The translations under genes and the position numbers were made by a program. The notes under the pieces were generated by a model. It worked only from the letters and a program-made list of their open reading frames with translations, was not told the DNA's origin and did not search any database. A stretch of DNA of 23,543 bases from Octopus sinensis (taxonomy: Eukaryota). Shown here in pieces: positions 10,277 to 21,106 of the stretch. How positions within the stretch are numbered: the first letter of the stretch is position 1; each line of letters starts with the position of its first letter. Where the stretch lies: contig NW_021836564.1 of the NCBI RefSeq assembly GCF_006345805.1, forward strand, positions 1 to 23,543, given 5' to 3'.

Positions 10277-10422
10277 CAATCTCTTCCTCCTCCACAACCT
10301 TCAAAGCTATCAGCGACTCCACTACCATTACCAACCCCATGACCATCACCACCTGTATCCCTAACACCACCTCCGCGTCCAGAAACGTCTCCACAGCCAT
10401 CATCCTCTATTCCTTTCTCTAG
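10277..10422 (+). other. Candidate terminal exon, or decayed (ACC)n repeat, encoding an S/T-rich peptide
   Basis: Acceptor ttgatttttctcag; frame ISSSSTTFKAISDSTTITNPMTITTCIPNTTSASRNVSTAIILYSFL*. It could equally be a degenerate trinucleotide repeat. Confidence 0.2.
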
Positions 10423-11185
10423 AAACCAATTATTTATTCATTAATGTCAATTATATCCATCCGAATTACTGATCATTTAATTGAATATCATAAATAAGAA
10501 AGTTTTTCGTAGTTTCATTTCTATGATATTGATTGTCTTCCACTTTTCAAACTACTTTGATTCGTCTTATTTCAGCGGGGCTGAGAGCAATTTATAGGTT
10601 TCCTAAAAATGTTCATTTAATTTAGTTGTCAGTCATTTGAAGGCAATTATTTTGAAACGTAAACTTAATAAATTGAAATGAATTGTCTTTGATTCCACCG
10701 TGATGTGGCGCCTGTCACCAATATCGTTTTCAAATTGTTTTCCTCATTTTGATGTATGTAAGTACCGTACTTTCAATTGGAGTTGCAGGTTTCATTCATA
10801 GACTTACGAATAGTGCGGTAACTTCAGTTCAGTTCGGTTTTAGTGAGAATTGTATTTTGTAAGTTTTCAAAGACTTTAGAAGATTTATCTATTTACATCT
10901 TCGTTAGCAACTGGAGGCGCAGTCTTTTTAGATATGAATGTTACTCTAAATCAGTGGTTCCCAAACTTTTTCGGACTGCCACCCCCTTGGCACCAGGGCC
11001 ACATACCTAGCACACACACACACACACCCTAACTCACCATCACAGGCATCAACCTCTTTCCACTGCAAATTCAAAGCAATTCTATTTCAAATAAGACTTA
11101 ACCTAATTAACTGATTGTTTTGTTGTCTTTACAATGTGAAAGACTAAATTTACATTCCACCCGTAACTATGATGTTTCCATATTT

Positions 11186-12400
11186 TCAATGCGATCGTTC
11201 TACATTGTGCCGAGATATTAGCTTCTCAACATTTGGCAGAAAGGTACTGCGAAATAGTTTTAGATCCCTGTGTTCAGTAATCTTCCGTCTGTTTCTTTGC
11301 TTAAAACGAATCTGGGCATCTGCACTGAACCCCCGCTGTACAAAACATGATTTTGGGAAGACAATAAAATGCATATCGTCTTTGTTCCACAGTGCAGGGT
11401 AGCAGTCAGAAATGTCCTTTTGCAATAAAAAAATCCTGATATGATTTTTTTAAAACTTTGGCCTCAGCTCAATGGCAGTGTAAAGTGAAATCAGTTCTTG
11501 CTCCTCCATTCTTGTTTCCTCATTACAGATATCTAAGAATCGCCCAGGCTGGTATTTTAAGCAAAAGTAAATATCCGTGCAGCTCATCTTGGTGTGAACA
11601 ATACACACGAATATCATCTTCTGCTTTGTGTTTTTCCTCCTCCAATTCAGAGAGTTTCGGAAACTGGAAGAACTAAAGACATTGTATTTTTAGAATTGAA
11701 TAGTTTACTTTGATAAGGTTTAACCTAATTTCCTTGCAGTTGCAAATCAACTTCATTGAACTTCGTTAATACATCTGCCATATAGACAATAGCACGCTTG
11801 GTGTTTCTTGGGTCATCGCAATGAACAGAATAGGAGTCTTGCGAGAATAAAACAACTATTTTAAAAAGGGAATACAAATTTTCCGACAGGTTCCCTTTGA
11901 CAGACATCGAACTTCTGTGTGCAACAACAAACGTTCACAATCTTTATCATTCTCAATACAGAGCAGTAGAAACAGCGGGGAATTATCAGCATCTGCCTGG
12001 ATTTTATTTAGTGCTGTGGTATCAGTGCTCATTGATTTGTAAAGTCTACCACTTAATTTATATCGGTGGATTATAGGGTGCGCTGTAAACAGGCTAGGTA
12101 TAACTTTTTTCACTAAACTGATGAAGCCGCGATGACATCCTACCATCGGTGGTATCCCGTCTATTGCTCAAACACGAAATACTGACTCCGCTTTTGTATC
12201 TGTTTCTAGTTGTCTTACAACGGATGACTCTTGAACCAAACATTAATCTTTGACGAAGCCAACATAAGCAACATGTATACTTTTATTCCCTGACAATGGG
12301 AACTAATCTAACTCTAAGCTAAGTTTGCTTGTTCTAAGTATGTTGCACAATATTTCTTCAATGTTAAAGTATTTCACAGTTTTAAGCGTTTTAATAGGCA
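11186..12400 (-). pseudogene. Buster/ZBED8/SCAND3-like hAT transposase pseudogene (catalytic core and dimerisation domain)
   Basis: Fragments across frames: EEILCNILRTSKLSLELD*, RQLETDTKAESVF, AIDGIPPMVGCHRGFISLVKK, HPIIHR, LLLHTEVRCLSKG, DVLTKFNEVDLQLQGN, YCSHQDELH, YPALWNK..FPKSCFVQRGFS..KQRNR...PNVEKLIS..SH*. Multiple stops and frameshifts; the catalytic E reads as Q and the CxxH cysteine is lost. Confidence 0.93.
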
Positions 12401-12872
12401 TTGTTAGAGGAAAATTTCGTACCTCCACTTTTTCGTTTTAATTTTCAAGTTTAAATCCCGAAAAAAGCAATAAAAAAAAGCAGAAATTCTGATTCATGTA
12501 AGATAACTATTCCGAAACTCCGACAAATATAAATTAAATGTCATTCTAAAAACTTCATAATGATAGAGTTTCTAAAACAAAATCGAAAAAATTATGATAG
12601 TAATCTATATTTATAATAACTGTTATTTTAATCAATGTATGAATTTGTTGGGTCAGGCCTATTATTTAAAATAATTGTACGAAGACAAATTCTTATTAAT
12701 TTTACATTCATAAAATGCATTAAAATAATTTAAAATAATTTCTTTACTCAGAACAAATATCAAAATACCAAATTATGGAAGATATGAAGAATGTTATCTT
12801 TACTTAAAGCTCCATACAGAAGATGATGGTGAGCGAAATACAAAATTGTAGTTTATAAAAATGCAGCTAATT

Positions 12873-13096
12873 TGTTTCTCTCTCTCTCTCACTCTCTCTC
12901 TCTATCTGTCTATCTACATATTTATCTGTCTATGTATCTATCTCTTTCACTCTCTCTCCCTCTCCCTCTGTGTGAATATGAGTGTATGTGTGTATGTGTC
13001 TCTGTAGATATACCTCACACGCTTATATATTTCTGTATACATATATACACGCATATATGCATAGATACATACACGTATGTACACAATGTGTGTATG

Positions 13097-13156
<60 letters not shown>

Positions 13157-13170
13157 TGTGTGTGTGTTTA
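12873..13170. repeat. (CT)n/(CTAT)n/(GT)n compound microsatellite
   Basis: Directly visible. Confidence 0.92.
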
Positions 13171-13390
13171 TATCCTTAACAGATTACTTCATATAATTCA
13201 CTGGGGATTTTGTTTTTTTTTAGAATGACGACTGAATTCTCCACCTACGCCATATTTATTGTTATTTAGATACGAAAGAGTAGATAAGCGAAAGAAAAGG
13301 GGACATTTAATAGGACTAACAAGCCTGAAGCAGTTGGGCTCGCGTTATGGACCTACAAAACAGAACCGAAACGAAGTGGTCTAAAAAAAC

Positions 13391-13523
<133 letters not shown>

Positions 13524-13715
13524 TACTCACACATAATTGTATGCGGATCCTCCTACATACACGTATAGGTATTCATATATTCGTATATATACGTATATAT
13601 GTGTATGCCTTTCTATATATGTTTACTATGTATATGTATATATATATATACACGGACATGGATGCACACACACACATATGTACATACACACATGTATTTA
13701 GCATTGGTATCAAAG

Positions 13716-13806
13716 TTGTCAGTGATAAGTGGAGCAGATCTCGAGGGAATACTTAACGGCGACCGAAGTGCCGTCCGTCTCGAACTTCTTGAAAACAAGT
13801 GGGACA
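13716..13806 (+). other. GC-richer structured island with hammerhead-like topology and extended stem II (degenerate)
   Basis: TTGTCA-GTGATAA-G…nested stems GGAG/CTTC, TCGAG/CTCGA, ACGGC/GCCGT…GAAA-ACAAGT-GG-GACA. Confidence 0.25.
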
Positions 13807-13859
13807 TTCTTATACATACATACTTCCACCACATACACGTGTGTGTGCGTATATGTATT

Positions 13860-13900
13860 TGTGTGTGTACATATAATACATACATATATATATATATGTG

Positions 13901-13988
<88 letters not shown>
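13860..13988. repeat. (TA)n tract with CA/TG interruptions
   Basis: Directly visible. Confidence 0.95.
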
Positions 13989-14011
13989 TTTGAAACTGAC
14001 TTATTGGAAGT

Positions 14012-14054
14012 CCACCTGAAGATTGTCGATCAAGACAAGAAACGATTGTAGTGG
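14012..14054 (+). ncRNA. Minimal type-I hammerhead ribozyme, canonical core (PLE-type)
   Basis: CCAC-CTGAAGA-TTGTC(GATCAA)GACAA-GAAA-CGATTG-TA-GTGG. Stem I 4 bp, stem II 5 bp, GUA triplet, self-complementary stem III (ACGAUUGU, with G.U pairs). Lies in a ~155-bp island between two (TA)n tracts. Confidence 0.8.
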
Positions 14055-14141
14055 CGGTTTTTTTTTACTATTTATTAAAATTTTATGTATTGATTAAGTC
14101 TTTCCTTGTTTGTTTTGCAAATAGTGGTTTTGTCTCTAATA

Positions 14142-14145
<4 letters not shown>

Positions 14146-14202
<57 letters not shown>

Positions 14203-14213
14203 TATAATATATA

Positions 14214-14293
<80 letters not shown>

Positions 14294-14330
14294 GTATACA
14301 TATATATACATACATATATATATGTAAATG

Positions 14331-14364
<34 letters not shown>

Positions 14365-14367
14365 ATA
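14146..14367. repeat. Long (TA)n tract
   Basis: Directly visible. Confidence 0.96.
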
Positions 14368-14991
14368 CATCTTTTAATCATGTTTTTGTTGTTCAGCATC
14401 ATATGTTTTCGTCATTCTGGAGAATTCTCTTGGGAATTTTATGACCAGCTTCGTTTGTAAACTTTGAGGACTTTTTTCATTTTTTATTTATCTTCTTCGT
14501 TCTGTTCTTGCTGAAAGTTGGTTTTATTAAAACAACATTTTTCAGATCGATTTTTAAGCACTATTTTCTAAACTTGAGTGTATACCATTAAAAAATAGAG
14601 GTGAGCATCGTCATCCATCGCCCCATTTCGGCCATCCATCATCACCCCACTTTTCTTCAATGCCCCCTGGATAGTTCCTCCGCTCAATTACGGAACCACT
14701 GCACTAAATAAATTCATATATGTTTGATGCTTTGTCAATGTTTATATTTACGAGTCGGGGGATCGGTGGACGGGTTTCATAACATAATTACTCGTGTGTC
14801 CCATAAGCTGCTGAATAAAGAATACCCTAGTGACGTAGGCAAGCATTTGGACACGAAACAGACAAACGGAAGAAAACCAAAGATTTTGCAATGCAGAAGG
14901 AATTAGAAATAGAAGGAGTTTCCATAACACTGGTTTGTCTATTTACACAGGTTTGTCTATTTAGACAGGGGTGTCTAAAAAGGTAGAATAG

Positions 14992-15259
14992 AGGCGCAGG
15001 TATGGCCAGGAGTAAGCGTGACTCTGTGGCAAGAAGCTTGCTCCCTAACCGCATGGTTTTGAGTTTAGTCCACTCCGTGGCACTTGGGGCCGACAACAGA
15101 CATTTATGTGAATGGATTTAGTAAAGGGAAACTGAAAGAAGCCGGTCGTATTTATATATATATATATTTATTTGTATGTGTGTGTTTCTTTTTGTCTGTG
15201 TTTGTCTCCCACCAACACTTGGCAATCGGTGTTGGTTTGTTTACGTTCCCGTAACTTAG
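14992..15259 (+). mobile_element. SINE family A, degenerate and 3'-truncated
   Basis: AGGCGCAGG head, …ggaaactgaaagaagcc…, internal TA/TG tract, …cggtgttggtttgtttacgttcccgtaacttag. Confidence 0.78.
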
Positions 15260-15986
15260 TACTTATGTGTGCTTAAGTACAGGTTCCCATTCACGGGGTG
15301 GGGTGGGGGTTATCTTCCTGCCCTCCACCCCGCCAAATTTTCTACGATCAATTTTTCAAATGTCAGATGTTCAAATGTTTTTCCTAAATATTTATAAAAG
15401 TGAAATTAATAACGTGAACGCTTTTCCACGTTATTTTCTTTAACACAACACCGTATAGATTATTCTCTACACAAAAATTGCTTTTGAACTGTATTATGAC
15501 ACAATATTAACGCACTCATTACATTATCCAATAAAAAAATATTTTAATAAAATAATTGGCATAATGAAGATGAAAGGTTTTTCAATGTGTATACCGATAC
15601 AAAAATATATCATAATTTACATACAAATATGTAATGTGCACTGGTCTACGTAAAAAATGAGAGATAAAACGAGTTATAATGTGAGCTCAGTATTATTATA
15701 AAATAACACTAATAAATAATCGCAATGTAAAAAAAATCCTACAATATAAACGTACCTTAAGTTGGCTTTTTACTGTGAAATATATGCGACATGATTGTTA
15801 TGTTGTGTAGGAACGCTTGTGTGCTGTCATTGTTTTTTCGTTTAGCATTTTTCGTAAGATCGGTCTAGTTTGTTGTAAGTTTTTATCTTTCTGTTTTAAT
15901 TTTTGATATTATATTGCTAATTTCTTTTGTTAATTTATTACATATTGATTTTAAATTAGTATTATTTTATCCCTATAATTGATGCT

Positions 15987-16487
15987 TTGCACTCAAATTT
16001 AGACAGCAGAACTATTGTGTATATGAGTGTCGCTAACAATTTTTCGTTTTTAATTGAACTACAAGCACCGAGGGAGCAGATTCTCCATAGTGTCAAGAAA
16101 CTACTACAAGAATACCCAAGTATATTGATCTCAGACTTGTTGATAAACTCTTGGCTCTCCACTTGTATGTCAAACAGACCCATGCAGAAAAAGAAAGTTT
16201 TGGGGCCACCAAGACATGCACCAGATAATAAAACAGGAGAAAATTGAGGCTCCTTCCCCAAATGTGGAAACAATTTTCAGATTGTCCCTGTGTTTGATGG
16301 TCACTAACTATTCTGGAGAGAGATCATCTTCTAGGCTGAGACGGATCAAAAGTGACCTTCGTTCAGCAATGTCAGAAGAGCAGCTGTCTGGTCGGAATAT
16401 TTTCTATATAGAGAACTGTGACTTATTGATTTTGATGAAATCCTTGACGAGTTGGCAATAAGGAAAGCTCGAAGGAAGATGTTCTGA
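15987..16487 (+). pseudogene. hAT (Tip100/ZMYM1-like) transposase C-terminal remnant
   Basis: Three frames: …NNFSFLIELQAPREQILHSVKKLL…; IIKQEKIEAPSPNVETIFRLSLCLMVTNYSGERSSSRLRRIKSDLRSAMSEEQLS; IDFDEILDELAIRKARRKMF*. This matches the hAT dimerisation motif (FPNV...L..fL...VT.cSgERSFS.L..IK..LRS.M...RL). Confidence 0.87.
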
Positions 16488-16643
16488 CATTAAACAGCCG
16501 ACTATAAATGCGTAAACAAGCCTTAACAAGGTAATACAAAGACAGCAATTTAATTAATTGACTGTTTTGTGTAAACATTAAGCTTACATGAATCATCATT
16601 GTATAATTCATAATTGATATTTTCCAATATAGTTTAAGAATAA

Positions 16644-17267
16644 CACTGTTGTCAGTCTTCAAAGATTAAAACGTTACAAGATATTGACGAATGTCTTGTC
16701 TGTTCTCTTTTCATCAAGTTTGACTGTTTCATCATGTGACCTGTGTAAGACAGTGTTAAGGCGTGCTGGGGTTTTGGTTAGCTTCAAGTTTGCTGCAGTG
16801 TACATGTCTGAATTATAGCCCAGACAATCTAAATCTGTACTTATCCATAAAATTCCTGAAAAACATGCTGAAACGGTACCAAGGCTTCTGGAATAACAAT
16901 ATGCTGGCTGACTACTGCTGGACACTTTACCCTGATTAACCACAGGAACACCACAGGAAATCCAAATCACAATGTTTCTAACTCCGTTGTTCTAATCTTG
17001 TTTTGTCTGACCCATTTTTTGTGTTTTCACTCTTTGTAGAATGACAGTGATGCTTTTTAACTCAATAAACCCATTTACTTTCTAAAAATAATATGCCTAA
17101 ATGATTTCATATATACAAATATGTAATTATTTGTATGTATCTACTGAAAAATTGAAACGTGCTGCGTACAAATGAAGTGAAATTTTGAAATCAGTATAAA
17201 AAGTTAGTCTAAAAAAGTTGGTTTACGTTCATAATGCGTATAATACATTCAATTTTGTTGACCAGTG
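16644..17267 (+). mobile_element. Internally deleted Chapaev-like (CMC superfamily) DNA transposon
   Basis: TAA|CACTG…CAGTG|TAA boundaries (3-bp TWA TSD and CAC..GTG termini, as recalled for Chapaev3). Internal RYQGFWNNNMLADYCWTL (16874-16927) matches the Chapaev transposase C-terminal motif RYQGxW...MxADYCW. The left end is less certain. Confidence 0.68.
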
Positions 17268-17317
17268 TAATTTTCCTTTTTGGTGATACATTGCTATACA
17301 GCTTCCCAATTGAATGA

Positions 17318-17361
17318 TGTGTGTTTGTGTGTGTGTGTGCGTCTGTGTGTACGTGTGTGTT

Positions 17362-17392
<31 letters not shown>

Positions 17393-17626
17393 TTGTGTGT
17401 GTGTGTTTGTGTGTGTGTGTTTGTGTGTGTGTGTTTGTGTGTGTGTGTATGTGTGTGTTTGTGTGTGTGTGTGTTTGTGTGTATGTGTGTGTGTTTGTGT
17501 GTGTGTGTGTTTGTGTGTGTGTGTTTGTGTGTGTGTTTCTGTGTGTTTGTTTGTGTGTGTGTGTGTGTGTGTTTGTGTGTGTGTTTGTGTGTGTGTATGT
17601 GAGTGTGTGCGTGTGTGTGTGTGTAT
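17318..17626. repeat. (GT)n tract with periodic GTTT interruptions
   Basis: Directly visible. Confidence 0.96.
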
Positions 17627-18410
17627 ATATTCATGTACATACACACATACACAGTTAAATATCACATGTGAGTGAGTATGCACGTATATATATATGTATA
17701 CATATATATATTACTTCTCTGATAATAAACAGTCTCGTAAACACGACAGTAAAATGTGCACATGATATCCATAGCAATACCCAAGTTTTACGAATACAGC
17801 TACCCGCGTCCTATTGTATTACTTAACTGGTTCTCAAACGACTCGTTTCAGTTCCACAATAGCCAGTTGTCAATTCCATCAATTCTGTTAGGGATTCTTA
17901 TCTGGCGCTTATCCATTAAAGGCTCAGCATTCTGTTGGAAGCTTTTTTTATTCTTGGACAAAGATAACGACATGAAGTAGAAAGCATTTTCTCGTTTCGG
18001 TCTTAAATGACGGTTGTATAAGTGACACGAAAATATGTTCAGTGGAATATTGATCATTTCTTAGCTTCTGCTCGTGTTATCCAAGATCTACGCACCATTC
18101 TCTTTTTGTTTATTATTTTGTGCTAGCATTGGAAACAAAACACACACATACACACGCACACACTCACTCACACATGCAGACACAAACTCGCACGCTTACG
18201 TAACATATCTACTTTTGCTTGAAGAACTTATTGGCTTTTATACATACGTACACACACATGTATATGTATGTATATATAGTGATATATGTGTGTGGTGTGT
18301 AAACATTTATATATTAATATAGATATAGTCATATGTGTGTGTGTGTTTGTCTATGTATATGTGTGCGTGTGTGTCTCTGTCTGTGTGTTTTAGTGTGTGT
18401 GTGTGTGTGT

Positions 18411-18691
18411 GTGAAGGTACGTGGCCTACTGATTACGATGTTGCACTCACGATCGCTTGATCGTGGGTTCGATTCTTCTAAAGAGCGGTGCGTTGTGTTC
18501 TTGAGCAAAACACTTCATTTCACGTTGCTCCAGTCCACCGAGCTGTAAACAGGTCATCCTGCAATATACCAGCTTTCCAATCAGGAGGGAATACTGACCT
18601 GCTTGCCTAGTCAAGCGGGAAAGCATTATTTGAAAACTAAAAGGATGCAAAGTGCATTGTGACCAACAAGAGTCTGGTTTCTCACGTGATA
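18411..18691 (+). mobile_element. tRNA-derived SINE, head C, tail shared with 7777-8056
   Basis: Head GTGAAGGTACGTGGCCTACTG…GGGTTCGATTC; body ttgagcaaaacacttcatttcacgttgctccagtccac; tail …cattgtgacca…tcacgtgata. Confidence 0.8.
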
Positions 18692-18718
18692 TACACACAC
18701 ATATATATATATAGAGAG

Positions 18719-18751
<33 letters not shown>

Positions 18752-18760
18752 TAGATAGAC

Positions 18761-18822
<62 letters not shown>
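18719..18822. repeat. (GATA)n tract
   Basis: Directly visible. Confidence 0.96.
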
Positions 18823-18823
<1 letters not shown>

Positions 18824-18885
18824 GGGAGAGAGAGATCGCTGGCATAAATAATGTAAGTACCATATGTATATATATATGTTATATA

Positions 18886-19100
18886 TTAGCTTCCATTTTT
18901 GGCACAAGGCCAGTAACCTCAGTGGGGCGGTGTAATGCGTTACATTGACCCCAGTGTTCAAATCGTTTTTATTTTATCGACCCCGAAAGGATGAAAGGCA
19001 AAGTCGTCCTCGGCGAAATTTCAACTCAGAACGTAAAGACGGACGAGATACCTGCTAAGCATTTTGCCCAGCGTGCTAACGATCCTCCCAGCTCCTCACC
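18886..19100 (-). mobile_element. tRNA-derived SINE, family D
   Basis: Minus-strand head GGTGAGGAGCTGGGAGGATCGTTAGCACGCTGG; body gactttgcctttcatcctttcggggtcgataaa; related to 3962-4103. Confidence 0.8.
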
Positions 19101-19389
19101 GTCTAATGTGTATATTATATATTGCTGTATATAGTGATAGAGGGGAGATATAGTTAGTCAGAAGCGGGAGAAAGACTAATTCTATAAGGGATGTGCTTAG
19201 TGGGAAATTATGCTGATTATTTCTGTGTATTTCATTTGACAAACTACGTTAAGTTTAGAGAAATCACAATTACTATGAGTTAGGCTTCATTTCCGTAGAT
19301 ACAGGTAGACACACAGACACACACATAAATATAAATGGAAATGTTTATTTTATCTCACACACACTTGCATACATACATACATAATACAT

Positions 19390-19715
19390 CTCTAAAGACT
19401 CCGCCGGTACGACGACGAAGGTCCCAGCTGATCCGAATCAAACGGAACAGCTTGCTCGTGAATTAACGTGCAAATGGCTGAGCATTCCACAGACACGTGT
19501 ACCTTAACGTAGTTTCGGGGATAATCAGCGTGACATAGAGAGTGACAAGGCTGACCCTTTGAAATACAAGTAACAACTCATTTTTGCCAGCTGAGTGGAC
19601 TGGAGCAACGTGAAATAAAGTGTCTTGCTCAAGGGACAAACGCGTCGCCGGGAATCGAACTCACAACCTTACGATCATGAGCGAATGCCCTAACCACTAA
19701 GCCACGCGCCCTCAC
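19390..19715 (-). mobile_element. tRNA-derived SINE, head C, different tail
   Basis: Head GTGAGGGCGCGTGGCTTAGTGGTTAGGGC…GAGTTCGATTCCC; 11-bp TSD ACATAATACAT (19379-19389 and 19716-19726). Confidence 0.88.
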
Positions 19716-19990
19716 ACATAATACATACATAACAGCCGTCCTTGCGTAGACTTACTAGCCTTATCTGCCTTTTGGATCTCCTGGATACCAAAACCCTCAT
19801 ATATATATAATATATATATATATATATAGTGACGTATTTTTGCCATTTCAATATGGCTAACCTAAGGGTAGATGCTACTGTGTTTTTTAGCCCCAGGAGG
19901 ACACACTCCTCCAGCTGGCCATAGACACACTATCTGTGTCCTGTCAGTATTTGCAAAGGGAAGTCATCCTTCCGTCTTCAACTTATGATA

Positions 19991-20034
19991 CACACGGACT
20001 CGAGTTCGAGGTATTGACCTCTCGTCAGCGTGTG
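19991..20034 (-). ncRNA. Type-I hammerhead ribozyme with one A missing from GAAA
   Basis: Minus strand: CACACG-CTGACGA-GAGGT(CAAT)ACCTC-GAA-CTCGAG-TC-CGTGTG. Stem I 6 bp, stem II 5 bp, palindrome ACTCGAGT, GUC triplet. Confidence 0.78.
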
Positions 20035-20129
20035 ACAATCATAGTTGTCGCCCGAGAATTAGATTTCCTTCACAAATACTTATACTTTTTCCAGCGCCCA
20101 CTGTCGCTGATATTGAAAAAGTGAAATCA

Positions 20130-20258
20130 AACAATGATAAATATCAAAGTGAGTTATATACGTAAGCGGTAACACATCGTGACGTATTTTTGCCATTTCA
20201 ATACGTCACGATGTGTTACCGCTACTGTATATAACTCACTTTGATATTTATCATTGTT
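20130..20258. repeat. Inverted repeat (about 59-bp arms, 11-nt loop)
   Basis: aacaatgataaatatcaaagtgagttatatac…gcggtaacacatcgtgacgtatt versus its reverse complement; one small discrepancy (cgtaagc versus cagtagc). Confidence 0.97.
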
Positions 20259-20484
20259 ATATATATATATATTATATATATATTTAAAGAAATGGATAAA
20301 TGAATTATCTTGTTACGGATTATTCAAAATTTAACCGTACCTGTGTAGCAAAAATCACACAGAGAAAGCTGCAGAATGGTCTCCTTATTCAATCCGAATT
20401 TGGGAATTTGCAGCCTTTGAAGCATGTGTAGAAAATAATAAAAAGGAATTTTGTAGAATCTTCGTTCGGCTCCATTTCTTCCCT

Positions 20485-20527
<43 letters not shown>

Positions 20528-20743
20528 TATTATATAGAAGGAGCTTCTACAGGACTAGAACTGTTTCATTCAGAAAAATCATTATTTACTGTGGTTAACC
20601 CGGGACCTACATATATATAATATATATATATAGTAGTAACAGAAAAGAGGAATTTCGGTTGTCCCCACGTGGTGGATTGTAATGTATATAGAAAAATAAA
20701 AACGGAAATACGCACACTTACATGGTATAGTATAATTTTTTAT

Positions 20744-20779
20744 GTATCGACCGGTTTCGCAATCGCTATTCATGAATAC
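20744..20779 (-). ncRNA. Very small hammerhead-like motif, variant core AUGAAUA (A3-U8)
   Basis: Minus strand: GTATT-C-ATGAATA-GC(GATT)GC-GAAA-CCGG-TC-GATAC. Palindromic ACCGGT, GUC triplet, 2-bp stem II, one unpaired C before position 3. Within a ~170-bp island (20632-20800) flanked by TA-rich DNA. Confidence 0.4.
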
Positions 20780-20884
20780 AATGTTTAATTTATATAAAAA
20801 TATATATTTTCTAAGAAGAAAATGGGTCCATGTTGTTGATAATGAGTTTCACGTGTGAATGATTTTACAAGTTGACAAGTAAAA

Positions 20885-20933
20885 ATAATATATATTATAT
20901 ATATATATAATATATATATATAATATTATGTGT

Positions 20934-20998
<65 letters not shown>

Positions 20999-21022
20999 AT
21001 ATATATATATATATATGTTGTA

Positions 21023-21058
<36 letters not shown>

Positions 21059-21106
21059 ATAATATATATATATATATATATGCATATATATATATATATA
21101 TATATA
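20885..21106. repeat. (TG)n/(TA)n tract
   Basis: Directly visible. Confidence 0.95.

Larger units (their letters stand above)
19829..20258 (-). mobile_element. 350-nt HHR-bearing unit (retrozyme or PLE terminal-repeat-like) with partial tandem copy and fold-back
   Basis: 25-nt direct repeat GTGACGTATTTTTGCCATTTCAATA at 19829-19853 and 20179-20203; inverted repeat 20130-20188/20200-20258; internal HHR; (TA)n flanks. Confidence 0.65.

Noticed and set aside
14925-14978. TAA|CACTGGT as an alternative Chapaev left end, plus an 18-bp tandem duplication and a 7-bp hairpin
   Set aside because: It would require the element to contain a SINE and a whole hAT remnant. The 16644 end is more parsimonious, although this alternative is not excluded. 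The small repeats are unremarkable.
15277-15340. G/C-rich hairpin-like segment as the 5' terminus of the Tip100-like hAT
   Set aside because: No matching 3' TIR or 8-bp TSD was found, so boundaries cannot be supported.
16674-16970. 98-aa minus-strand ORF with normal composition
   Set aside because: It is the antisense shadow of the Chapaev-like transposase remnant on the + strand.
17848-18057. MDKRQIRI resembling a mariner transposase N-terminus
   Set aside because: The similarity does not extend beyond about 7 residues, and no TIR or TA TSD was found.
20536-20573. Minus-strand CTGAATGA-AACAG(…)CTGTA-GAAG hammerhead-like string
   Set aside because: 8-nt core, A.A mismatch at the stem II base, GAAG instead of GAAA, and no stem I.
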